Part shown: positions 36,414 through 45,416 of the stretch, piece by piece
Position numbering within the stretch: the first letter of the stretch is position 1
Layout: the number at the start of each line of letters is the position of its first letter
Assembly (NCBI GenBank): GCA_030065015.1
Contig: JASJDU010000021.1
Coordinates: 12,797 to 76,796, forward strand
Direction: 5' to 3'
From: Candidatus Caenarcanales bacterium
GTDB lineage: Bacteria; Cyanobacteriota; Vampirovibrionia; Caenarcaniphilales; Caenarcanaceae
Length of the DNA stretch: 64,000 nucleotides
Notes under the pieces: generated by a model
Databases searched by the model: none
What the model was told of the DNA's origin: nothing
Seen by the model: the letters and a program-made list of their open reading frames with translations, nothing else
Made by a program: the position numbers and the translations under genes

Positions 36414-39329
36414 ATGAGCGATAATCAACAAAACTGGAATCAACAGGAATGGATAAGTGTTAGCGGTGCAAGAGAACACAATTTAAAAAGTATCAATGTA
36501 GAAATTCCCAAAAATAAATTAGTTGTAATAACTGGTGTCTCAGGATCTGGGAAAAGTTCTCTCGCTTTTGACACAATTTTTGCCGAGGGGCAGAGAAGAT
36601 ATATTGAATCTTTGTCTTCTTATGCTCGCCAGTTCTTGGGACAAGTTGATAAACCCGACGTTGACTCTATCGAAGGATTAAGCCCAGCAATTGCTATCGA
36701 TCAAAAATCGACCAGTACAAATGTTCGATCTACTGTTGGAACAATAACGGAGATCTACGATCATTTGCGCTTGTTATATGGACGCATAGGCCATCAACAT
36801 TGTCCAGTTTGTAACACTCCGGTCAGCAAACAAACTATCGATCAAATAATTGATCAGATTTATGAAAAATCAAATGAAAAGAGAGGGCTGATTCTCGCTC
36901 CGATTATTGAACAAAAGAAAGGTGAACATTCTTCCCTTTTGCAAAAATTAAAGAAAGATGGTTTCTTAAGAATAAGAATTAACGGAGAGATTAAATCTTT
37001 AGATGAAGATATTAAACTTGCAAAAACTAAAAAGCACGATATAGAGATTGTAGTAGACCGAATAATTGTAAAAGAAGAAAACCGTTCACGTTTATCGGAT
37101 AGCTTGAGTTTAGCTTTGAGCAAAGGTGGAGGTTTCGCAAAATTTGCAATTGTTGACTCGGATAAGGAAGTAATTGAGGAGCTTTATTTCTCTGAAAACT
37201 TGGCTTGTCCTCATGGGCACGGAAGTCTTCCACCTTTGAGCCCTAAAATGTTTTCCTTCAACAGCCCAGAAGGTGCTTGTCCGGCCTGTCATGGAATAGG
37301 GCACTCCTTGGAATTTGATCAAGAAAAACTGATTCCCAATATTAAAGCACCTTTAATTCAAGCTATTGCTCCTTGGGCAAAATCGAGCACAAACTACTAT
37401 ATTCAGCTTCTATCTTCTGTTGCAAAGGCTTTTGACGTTAACCCCACTGAGCAATGGAATAAGCTAAGCAAAGAGTTCCAAGACATTATCCTCAATGGTT
37501 CTAAAGAACCAATTGAATTGAGCTATGACTCTTTTGATGGAGAAGAACTGCTCACCTTTAATATGCCATTTGAAGGAGTTATTCCTAGGCTGAAAAGGAA
37601 ATATATGGAAACAAAAAATGAGAAGGTTAAAAGTGACCTCTCGACTTATATGACTCATAAGATGTGTGATGTTTGTAATGGAGGACGTTTAAGAGTTGAG
37701 TCCCTGGCTGTAACCGTTGGAGACATCAACATTCAAGAAATAACAAATTTGAGTATTGACAAAGCTCTGGAATTTTTTATTAACCTCCCGAGTAAGCTAT
37801 CGACTTATGAGCTTGAAATTGCAGAAAGAGTAATTCAAGAAATAAAGAATAGACTCAATTTTTTGAATGATGTTGGGTTAAATTATTTAACTTTAAGCCG
37901 TTCCGCAGGAAGTCTGTCTGGAGGAGAGTCCCAGAGAATTAGACTTGCAACTCAAATAGGCTCAGGCTTGTCGGGGGTTTTGTATGTATTAGATGAGCCT
38001 AGTATTGGTTTGCATCAAAAAGATAACGATCGACTTATTGAGACCTTAAAGAAACTAAAAGCTTTAGGCAATACTGTCCTGGTTGTTGAACATGATGAAG
38101 ATACCATGAGTGCTGCTGATTGGATTATTGATGTTGGTCCTTATGCTGGTATTCATGGAGGTAAAGTTGTCTCTAGTGGAACTGTTGATTCAATTTCGGC
38201 TAATCCAGATTCGGTTACGGGGAGATATTTGTCTGGAGAATGGGAAATACCATTGCCGGAAGAACGAAGAGAAGGCAACGGTAACAGTTTAGTTATTCGC
38301 AAAGCGCAGCTGAATAACCTCAAAAACATCGATGTGAAAATTCCATTGGGAAAAATGGTAGTTGTGACAGGCGTTTCGGGTTCAGGTAAATCATCATTGG
38401 TAATGGACTTGTTGTTTCCCTATCTCGAAAGCAAGTTCTTAAAAAATAGAATCAAGCCAAATCAAATTGAAACAATTGAAGGTTTGGATAATCTGGATAA
38501 AGTGATAGAGATAGATCAAAGTCCAATTGGTAGAACCCCTCATTCAAACCCTGCAACTTATACTGGAGCATTCACCCCAATTAGAGAGCTTTTTGCTTCA
38601 ACTCCGGAGGCGAAAATGAAAGGCTATAACCCAGGTCGGTTTTCTTTTAATGTTAAAGGGGGAAGATGTGAAGCTTGCTCTGGACAAGGCCACTTAGAAA
38701 TTGAGATGAATTTTCTCCCCTCCGTTTATGTTAAATGCTCCGTTTGTGATGGAAAGAGATATAACAAAGATACTCTAGAGGTGAAGTACAAAGGCTATTC
38801 AATATCGGATGTTCTTGAAATGACAGTTAGTCAAGCCTATGAAACATTTTCTTCAATACCTTCTATTAGCAATAAGCTAAAAACTTTAGAGGAAGTTGGA
38901 CTGGGTTACATTAAGTTGGGTCAGTCCGCAACAACGCTTTCGGGAGGAGAAGCCCAAAGGATTAAGTTAGCCAGTGAATTATCCCGTAGGCATACCGGAA
39001 AAACAATTTACATACTAGATGAACCAACAACCGGATTACACTGGTACGACGTTTCTAAACTACTTAATGTTCTTCAGCAGTTGGTAGACTCTGGGAATAC
39101 GGTGTTAATTATTGAGCATAATTTAGATGTAATTAAACAAGCCGATTGGATTATTGACTTAGGCCCCGAAGGCGGAGATAAAGGCGGACAAATTATTGCA
39201 AGTGGTCCCCCTGAAGAAGTTTCAATGAATGAGGATTCTGCCACCGGGATGTATTTGAAAAGAATTCTTGATAAAAAGTTGAAGCCTAATAATAAAAAAG
39301 AAGAAACTAGGAGAACGATCAAGGTTTAA
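36414..39329 (+). CDS. uvrA: Excinuclease ABC subunit A
   Basis: Two ABC ATPase modules (GVSGSGKSS twice; LSGGESQR / LSGGEAQR; VLDEPS / ILDEPT) and the UvrA zinc modules (CPVC, CPHGH...CPAC, CDVC, CEAC...CSVC). 971 aa. Confidence 0.98.
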   Translation: MSDNQQNWNQQEWISVSGAREHNLKSINVEIPKNKLVVITGVSGSGKSSLAFDTIFAEGQRRYIESLSSYARQFLGQVDKPDVDSIEGLSPAIAIDQKSTSTNVRSTVGTITEIYDHLRLLYGRIGHQHCPVCNTPVSKQTIDQIIDQIYEKSNEKRGLILAPIIEQKKGEHSSLLQKLKKDGFLRIRINGEIKSLDEDIKLAKTKKHDIEIVVDRIIVKEENRSRLSDSLSLALSKGGGFAKFAIVDSDKEVIEELYFSENLACPHGHGSLPPLSPKMFSFNSPEGACPACHGIGHSLEFDQEKLIPNIKAPLIQAIAPWAKSSTNYYIQLLSSVAKAFDVNPTEQWNKLSKEFQDIILNGSKEPIELSYDSFDGEELLTFNMPFEGVIPRLKRKYMETKNEKVKSDLSTYMTHKMCDVCNGGRLRVESLAVTVGDINIQEITNLSIDKALEFFINLPSKLSTYELEIAERVIQEIKNRLNFLNDVGLNYLTLSRSAGSLSGGESQRIRLATQIGSGLSGVLYVLDEPSIGLHQKDNDRLIETLKKLKALGNTVLVVEHDEDTMSAADWIIDVGPYAGIHGGKVVSSGTVDSISANPDSVTGRYLSGEWEIPLPEERREGNGNSLVIRKAQLNNLKNIDVKIPLGKMVVVTGVSGSGKSSLVMDLLFPYLESKFLKNRIKPNQIETIEGLDNLDKVIEIDQSPIGRTPHSNPATYTGAFTPIRELFASTPEAKMKGYNPGRFSFNVKGGRCEACSGQGHLEIEMNFLPSVYVKCSVCDGKRYNKDTLEVKYKGYSISDVLEMTVSQAYETFSSIPSISNKLKTLEEVGLGYIKLGQSATTLSGGEAQRIKLASELSRRHTGKTIYILDEPTTGLHWYDVSKLLNVLQQLVDSGNTVLIIEHNLDVIKQADWIIDLGPEGGDKGGQIIASGPPEEVSMNEDSATGMYLKRILDKKLKPNNKKEETRRTIKV

Positions 39330-39355
39330 AGCTAAAATATAAATCTAACAGTGAG

Positions 39356-39751
39356 ATGAACAAAAAGATGATTACCAAAGATTACATTCAAAACGCTATC
39401 AGAACTGAATCCAAAGACTTTGCAAAAATCCAAGAAAGATTCACTGAAGAAAATATAAGACTTTTGCATGCAACCATGGGTTTAGCAACAGAAGCAGGAG
39501 AAGCATTGGATGCTTTAAAAAAACATCTTTATTACGGCAAGCCTCTCGATAAAACCAATTTAAAAGAAGAAATGGGTGACCTATTTTGGTATCTTGCAAT
39601 TATGGCGGATACTCTGGATATAGACTTTGCACCCATAATGGAGAGGAATATAGAGAAACTCAAAGCTCGTTATGGAGAAAAATTCTCCGATGAAAAAGCT
39701 ATTAAAAGGGACTTAAGTAAAGAAAGAGAAATTCTTGAAGCTAATGCTTAA
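39356..39751 (+). CDS. MazG-like all-alpha nucleoside triphosphate pyrophosphohydrolase (small form)
   Basis: EXXE-type metal motifs in LATEAGEALDALKK and KEEMGDLFWYLAI. About 130 aa, a single MazG domain. Confidence 0.8.
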   Translation: MNKKMITKDYIQNAIRTESKDFAKIQERFTEENIRLLHATMGLATEAGEALDALKKHLYYGKPLDKTNLKEEMGDLFWYLAIMADTLDIDFAPIMERNIEKLKARYGEKFSDEKAIKRDLSKEREILEANA

Positions 39752-40701
39752 TTTTTGGGCATTCTATAATTTTGAGGTAGAGAGCTATTCTCTTCATCTA
39801 AGCCCCCGAGTATGTTGAGATTTCTGTCTAAACCATGGACAATTGATTTAAGAAGATCAACTGTATTAAAAATGAAATTTTCTACAAAAGATGACCCTAC
39901 TTCTTTTTTCTCAAGCTTTTTGGTCATCTTTTGTGCAGTTTGTATAGTATCCATTAGCAGAGGGGGAAGAGATTTGAAAAGAGGAAGCTGACTAACATCA
40001 AGATTAGGATAAAAATATTGAAATAGTTCTTCTTCACTCATTTCAATAATTTGTATATTGTTCAAGCCGTTATCATACGCTACTTTGAGATCTGAAAGAG
40101 ATTCATCATTTTTATCATTAACTAAAAGATTTAAACCCTTGATCCTATCGGAAATTGAAGCTTTAGGGCTTATGTACTCTATAACTTGCTCGTTTCCATA
40201 AATAAGTTTTGCTAGCTTTTTCTCTGGGATATCTTGAAAAGCAGTATGTTTACAAGATATAAGCGCTCTTCGAATGCCCTTCATTTCAGAATACCAATCT
40301 TCAAATTGTTTAATTGAGTATAGTCTGTACTTTTCACAGATTTGGACAATCTGTGAAAAGGTTCCTTGATTGAGGAAATGCTCTAATGAATATATTTCTG
40401 TTCCCTTATGCTGAAAAAGCAGTTTATTTACTGCCTCTTCAGGAAACCTAAAGAGAGCATTAATTCCAGCAATTACATCTGTATCGGAAACTTGTTCCGG
40501 TTCTAATAAAGCAGCATCTAGCACAGACTTCATATAGGAAATAGGATCAATACCTTTGGGTGATTTCTTTTGAAAGAAGTTTACTATTTCTTTGTTAAGT
40601 AAATATCGCTCTATGCCTTTTGGTAGATTTGCTATAGGTACTCTATTTTTAAGAAAATTAATGTTTATTTGTCTTTGAGTTCTTGGTACTACTATCGTCA
40701 T
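39748..40701 (-). CDS. Hypothetical protein
   Basis: 317-aa ORF with no motif recognised. Its stop overlaps the mazG-like stop (TTAA at 39748-39751). Confidence 0.55.
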   Translation of the reverse strand: MTIVVPRTQRQININFLKNRVPIANLPKGIERYLLNKEIVNFFQKKSPKGIDPISYMKSVLDAALLEPEQVSDTDVIAGINALFRFPEEAVNKLLFQHKGTEIYSLEHFLNQGTFSQIVQICEKYRLYSIKQFEDWYSEMKGIRRALISCKHTAFQDIPEKKLAKLIYGNEQVIEYISPKASISDRIKGLNLLVNDKNDESLSDLKVAYDNGLNNIQIIEMSEEELFQYFYPNLDVSQLPLFKSLPPLLMDTIQTAQKMTKKLEKKEVGSSFVENFIFNTVDLLKSIVHGLDRNLNILGGLDEENSSLPQNYRMPKN

Positions 40702-40972
40702 TATTGTATTGAGTATGTACTACTATTACTAAAGATGAAATAATATAGTAATAAACCAAAGTCGAAGTCAAGACTTAATTTGTTAACATGCTGTATTAAT
40801 TCCGCTTAATTGTTAAGTTTTTCTAACCCAAAATTAAATATCAACCAAAGACGTAATTGGCCCTGCACAAGCCTTGTTCTTGACAGAGAGCAAGATCAAT
40901 TAATACTTCAACTAAAAGCTGATTTCGGTTTGATTGGGAATTCTTATTAGCGAAATTAAATTGTTTAAGAAA

Positions 40973-41734
40973 TTAATTTGATTTTCTTGCCACTACTCTT
41001 AGCCGAACATAATCTGCAAAATAACGTTCGTCTTTTTCTAGTTTTCTCGCCATAGAGTTTGCCGCTTTTTCTATAAGCTTTGGTTTTATATCTTTGGGTA
41101 CGTTTTCAAATAAGATAATCCCAAAGACGTTGATCCAATTGATGAATCCTTGCACTCCATCAAGAATTAGGGTAGGTCTTTTGAATTGAGAAATCGATTC
41201 AATCCAAAACCCTTTGGACTCCAATAAAGTTGCATACTCAGCAATAGAAGGGAAGAAAACAATATCGGAGACTTCTTTTATTGGATAACCTTCTTCTTTG
41301 ATTAGTTCTTGAATCGAACCGATTATTGTTGCAACATTATCTTTGGCTCCGAGTTCAACAACCAATCTTCCATTAGGCTTTAAGGCTTTACATAGGTTTT
41401 CTAAAACTTTATCTTGATTGGTGATCCAATGCAGTACGGCATTGGAAAAAATAGCATCATATTCTTCTGAGGCTTGAAAAGAGGTAATATCTTGATTGAG
41501 ATATTTAATGTTTCCGTTTTTAGATTTCGCTTTCTCCAACATACTTTCGGAGTTATCCAAGCCCGTAATAATTGCACCACTTTTAGCTATTTCACGGCTC
41601 AATTCGCCAGTACCGCAGCCTAAATCTAAAATGCTTTCTCCTTTTTGAGGATTTAATAGATCAACTAGTTCTTTGCCGTAATCAGCAACATATTTTAAAG
41701 AAGTATCGTAAACGTGTGCATCCCATCTAGTCAT
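40973..41734 (-). CDS. Class I SAM-dependent methyltransferase (Tam-like)
   Basis: Motif I ILDLGCGTGELS, motif II-like DAIFSNAVLHW, and KPNGRLVV. Confidence 0.9.
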   Translation of the reverse strand: MTRWDAHVYDTSLKYVADYGKELVDLLNPQKGESILDLGCGTGELSREIAKSGAIITGLDNSESMLEKAKSKNGNIKYLNQDITSFQASEEYDAIFSNAVLHWITNQDKVLENLCKALKPNGRLVVELGAKDNVATIIGSIQELIKEEGYPIKEVSDIVFFPSIAEYATLLESKGFWIESISQFKRPTLILDGVQGFINWINVFGIILFENVPKDIKPKLIEKAANSMARKLEKDERYFADYVRLRVVARKSN

Positions 41735-41787
41735 TGCTAACTCCCTTCAATATCCTGAAATAAAATCTTAAATAATAAATCCATTCA

Positions 41788-42426
41788 TTAATTATTGATC
41801 TCTTTGCAATTTGTAAAAAACTCTTTCATTAATTTGCTACTTTTTTTCCCTTTTGTTTTTTCAACACCACTACAAACATCGACAAAGTCCGGTTTCATTT
41901 CATTGATAATTTCCCCAATATTGCTTGGGGAAATACCTCCAGCCAATATAATCGGTTTGCTGAAATTTTCTTTAAATTTATGAAAAGAGTCCTTACTTAT
42001 CCGTTTCCCATTTCCGGGTCCGTCAAGTAAAAAAGCTTCAACATAATCCTCAATCTTTTCTGCTTGGCTAATCAGTGTATCCAAATTACTCTCTCCATCA
42101 TTTAGCCGGTAAGCTTTTATTATTGGTAACTTGGATTGGATTAGTAATTTTTCTATGTAGTCCCTGTCCTCATCTCCATGAAGTTGAATCTTACTAAACT
42201 CACATTCGTCCATTATGGAAACGATCTCCTCAGTTGAATGATTCTGAAATACTCCATAGCGATCAATCTTCGAGGGGACTTTGCGCATCACGTCTCTACA
42301 ATTTACCCTTAAAATAAACCTAGGGCTGTTTTCCACAAAAATGAAGCCCAAAGCATTTGCACCAAGCTCTGTTGCTAAAAGAGCATCATTTGCATTTGTA
42401 ATTCCACAGATTTTTACCTTAAACAT
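41788..42426 (-). CDS. trpF: Phosphoribosylanthranilate isomerase
   Basis: KICGIT, GANALGFIF...SPR, IQLHGDE and GGISPSN are the typical TrpF TIM-barrel motifs. Confidence 0.88.
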   Translation of the reverse strand: MFKVKICGITNANDALLATELGANALGFIFVENSPRFILRVNCRDVMRKVPSKIDRYGVFQNHSTEEIVSIMDECEFSKIQLHGDEDRDYIEKLLIQSKLPIIKAYRLNDGESNLDTLISQAEKIEDYVEAFLLDGPGNGKRISKDSFHKFKENFSKPIILAGGISPSNIGEIINEMKPDFVDVCSGVEKTKGKKSSKLMKEFFTNCKEINN

Positions 42427-42460
42427 TGCAATTGTTTCTATGGTTTAGTTTATTGGCTAA

Positions 42461-43024
42461 TTACTCCGTATTACCATCAACAACGCCTAAATAGTCCAAT
42501 TCTCTATACTTCTCTGCCCAATCTAGTCCATAGCCAATAACGAACTTATCTTCAATTTCAAAGCCATAAAAATCAGGATCAATATCCACTAACCTTCTAG
42601 AAGGTTTAGAAAGCAGACTAACTAAGGCAATACTCTTTGGACTGAATTGGTCTTTAATATATTGCTTAAGAAAGCTAGCGGTCTTACCAGTATCAACGAT
42701 GTCTTCAACTATGAGGATATGCTTATTCTTTATGTTGGAAGGCAATGATAGATCTGGAGTAGAGAGTTCTCCGCTTTCGGTGCTATCTCCGTAACTTGCT
42801 ATCCTCACAAACTCAAGCTGAATTGGTATTGTGAGCTTCCTTATTAAGTCAGCAGAAAAAATAAAAGCCCCTTTTAAGACACCAATCATAATTAATGGCT
42901 CACTCGAAAAATCTGTTTGAGCAGAATAATAAGACTCAATTTCTTTTGCCAAATCATTAATCCTTTTCTGAATCTCTTTTGCTGAGATTAAAACAGTGGG
43001 CTTGAAAATTGTTTCTTGATTCAA
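42461..43024 (-). CDS. hpt: Hypoxanthine(-guanine) phosphoribosyltransferase
   Basis: PRPP-binding motif ILIVEDIVDTGKT, plus GVLKGAFIF and FVIGYGLDW. Confidence 0.92.
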   Translation of the reverse strand: MNQETIFKPTVLISAKEIQKRINDLAKEIESYYSAQTDFSSEPLIMIGVLKGAFIFSADLIRKLTIPIQLEFVRIASYGDSTESGELSTPDLSLPSNIKNKHILIVEDIVDTGKTASFLKQYIKDQFSPKSIALVSLLSKPSRRLVDIDPDFYGFEIEDKFVIGYGLDWAEKYRELDYLGVVDGNTE

Positions 43025-43304
43025 GGTGTATTTTTTAATTGAACTTTAGTTATTTATTATTCTACTAACCTTGTCCAAAAGATGGAGCCCAAGAGGCCTG
43101 AAAACGAGATAAACTAAAACATAATGAGATACAAATACAGACCTCATCGTTGATCTCTGCAGATTTTATTGACTGAGTTTTTGATATTAACCAAGTAGGT
43201 TTAGATTGTTTGGTCTAAAGAAAATACAATTCTAACCTTTAATAATTGATAAACTGGGCATGAGATCTTCTAGAGGAAAACGAGATTCATAGAGATAGTA
43301 TATA

Positions 43305-45332
43305 TTGAGCTGGTTTAAGAAAATTTTCAAATCAACCAGTGAGCTTGATGAGTTCTGTCAAGCTTACTTAGATAATGAAACAACATTAAAAGCGCAAAGA
43401 GAATGTTTTACTAGTTTCTTATCAAATCATTTAGAAGAAGATAAATATAAGATTGTCCAATCACTAGATCTATCTAACCTTGCTCTCGTTAATGTATCCG
43501 AGCCCTTTGGTTTTAATTACTTTTTAGGTGAGATAAGATCTGTATATGAGAATAAGGGTTTCTCAACTATTTGTGTCAAAGCTTCAGCAATAATAAACTC
43601 GGCAAATCAAATAGCGCTGATTATACTCAAGGAGTTCAATCAAAAGCCTTTAGGAGATCCTTTAGATCAACTCAAGGCTTTTCTCAAAGATAGTAAATTC
43701 TTAATTATTGTTGACAACGTTTCTTCTATGTCAACAGAAGAATTACAACTGTTACTTAATTATTTGAACGAAGTAAAAACTCTATTGATAAATAATGAAA
43801 ATGGAGATTCAATTAAGAAATTTGTACAAAGACCAGAAAACGCAATTGTAAATATCTCAAACCTAAGTAATGATAGGGCTTTAGAACTTGCTTTATCTTT
43901 ATTGAATTTTAGAAGTGACCTAATAATTACAAGTGCCGAAAGAAGCGAATTAGTCGAACTCATAAATATTTGTAACAATCTTCCAGAATTGATTTTTAAT
44001 GCTCTAGCTGGACCTCAGCAGAAACGAAGTCTACCAATAGAAAAATACTGTAAGTTGATTAAAGAGACTCAAAAAAACTATCTTGCTGAGAGCCCATCTT
44101 TGAATAACAGTGGTAGCTATCAGGCCCTTTTAAATTACAAAATATCTAAACTCCCACAAGAAATAATAAATCTATTAAAAACTGCTGCTTTTTTGCCTAG
44201 TTGTGGCTTTACGGTTAACGATTTATTTGTTCTTTGCAGAAATTCCTTTTTTAGCAAAGATGAATTGAATAATGCACTCCATTTCATAACCTATTTATTT
44301 GGTTTGAAAATTAACGATGAATATTTGTTTAGGAAAAATAATATTCAGCTTTCAAATTCTAAAGAAACAGATAATAGAGTTGCATTAGTCTATTACTTAC
44401 CAGAATATCTGAAGAGTTTTATAGATAAGAGCTTAATTTCTGAATCCACCCAAGCTGAAGAAGAAAGAGAAATCAATTCACAATTGGTACAGAGATTAGA
44501 AAGTAATACGCTTTGGAAGGAGCCAACCGTTTGGATTACTCAATTGGAACACAGTCTTGCTTCTATTAAATGGATTGAAGCTAATGGGTCTTTTGAGCAA
44601 AATAAATATTTCATTCTTTATATTCAATCATTATTTGCTGAATTAGGTTTTTGGAGAGAAATAGAAAATACTTTAATTCCACTTTGTTCAAAAGCTATTT
44701 CAATATCGGACAACAATGAGGAAAGAGGTTTCTGGTATAGCCTTTCCGGTATAATGCTCAAAAGTATTTCTCAATACAAAGATCCTGAAAAGCACTTAGA
44801 CTTAGCTCTCGTTGCTTTCCAAAGGTCACTTAAGTTCTATGATCCTTATAAACAAAGCAAAAGATATAGCTTCGTTTATCAAAACTTGGGTCTCATCTAT
44901 CTAGAACTATCTGAATTAGATACTAATAACTCTGTTTTCTTAAAACAAGCTATTAAATCCTTCTATAAATCGTTTGCAGAGGAAAATGATCCGTGTAGCA
45001 AAGATACAATTTCTTTAAAGAGATTTCTATCGCAAGCCTATTCAGCCTTAGCTAAATGTGAGAAACCTAGTGAAAACTGTTTCAAAGCGGTGAATCTAAC
45101 AATTGAGTCTTTAAATATTCTCAAGCTCAACATACCTGACGACCCTAGAATAAAGCTTCTATCTAAAGAACTGCAAATGCTAAACAAACTAATAGTCAGT
45201 TTGGCTGAGCAATCATCAGATCACGAAAGTAAGAAACTGATTTTTCTAAAAAAACAAGTTGATGATTTCTTTAAAGAGGTATCTCTTGATAAAGCTACTT
45301 TTTCTCATAAGGATTCACTGCAAACAGCTTGA
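43305..45332 (+). CDS. NB-ARC-like (STAND-like) protein lacking a P-loop, with C-terminal TPR-like repeats
   Basis: Walker-B-like KFLIIVDNV (aa 131-139), RNBS-like KTLLINNEN, NLSNDRALELAL and a GLPL-like CNNLPELIF appear in NB-ARC order. No GxxxxGK(S/T) is present where the P-loop should be (aa 62-76, VNVSEPFGFNYFLGE). The C-terminal 250 aa look TPR-like. TTG start. Confidence 0.6.
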   Translation: MSWFKKIFKSTSELDEFCQAYLDNETTLKAQRECFTSFLSNHLEEDKYKIVQSLDLSNLALVNVSEPFGFNYFLGEIRSVYENKGFSTICVKASAIINSANQIALIILKEFNQKPLGDPLDQLKAFLKDSKFLIIVDNVSSMSTEELQLLLNYLNEVKTLLINNENGDSIKKFVQRPENAIVNISNLSNDRALELALSLLNFRSDLIITSAERSELVELINICNNLPELIFNALAGPQQKRSLPIEKYCKLIKETQKNYLAESPSLNNSGSYQALLNYKISKLPQEIINLLKTAAFLPSCGFTVNDLFVLCRNSFFSKDELNNALHFITYLFGLKINDEYLFRKNNIQLSNSKETDNRVALVYYLPEYLKSFIDKSLISESTQAEEEREINSQLVQRLESNTLWKEPTVWITQLEHSLASIKWIEANGSFEQNKYFILYIQSLFAELGFWREIENTLIPLCSKAISISDNNEERGFWYSLSGIMLKSISQYKDPEKHLDLALVAFQRSLKFYDPYKQSKRYSFVYQNLGLIYLELSELDTNNSVFLKQAIKSFYKSFAEENDPCSKDTISLKRFLSQAYSALAKCEKPSENCFKAVNLTIESLNILKLNIPDDPRIKLLSKELQMLNKLIVSLAEQSSDHESKKLIFLKKQVDDFFKEVSLDKATFSHKDSLQTA

Positions 45333-45350
45333 AAGGCTTTCTTGAAATAA

Positions 45351-45390
45351 AAAAGAGATGATGAATAGAAACGCTTTCATCATCTCTTTT
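45351..45390. terminator. Bidirectional rho-independent terminator
   Basis: Perfect 13-bp stem AAGAGATGATGAA (45353-45365) / TTCATCATCTCTT (45376-45388), flanked by A- and T-runs, between convergent genes. Confidence 0.78.
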
Positions 45391-45416
45391 AAAGGGTAAT
45401 TATATTGAAAATCTAG

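Noticed and set aside
39356-40701. MazG-like plus 317-aa unknown as a two-gene system
   Set aside because: The genes are convergent and share only overlapping stop codons, so they are not co-transcribed. Small MazG-like proteins are common housekeeping NTP pyrophosphatases.
43305-45332. Functional Avs/AVAST-type STAND defence NTPase
   Set aside because: No Walker A motif, no N-terminal effector domain (nuclease, SIR2, TIR or protease) and no defence neighbours. It is retained only as a degenerate NB-ARC-like curiosity.
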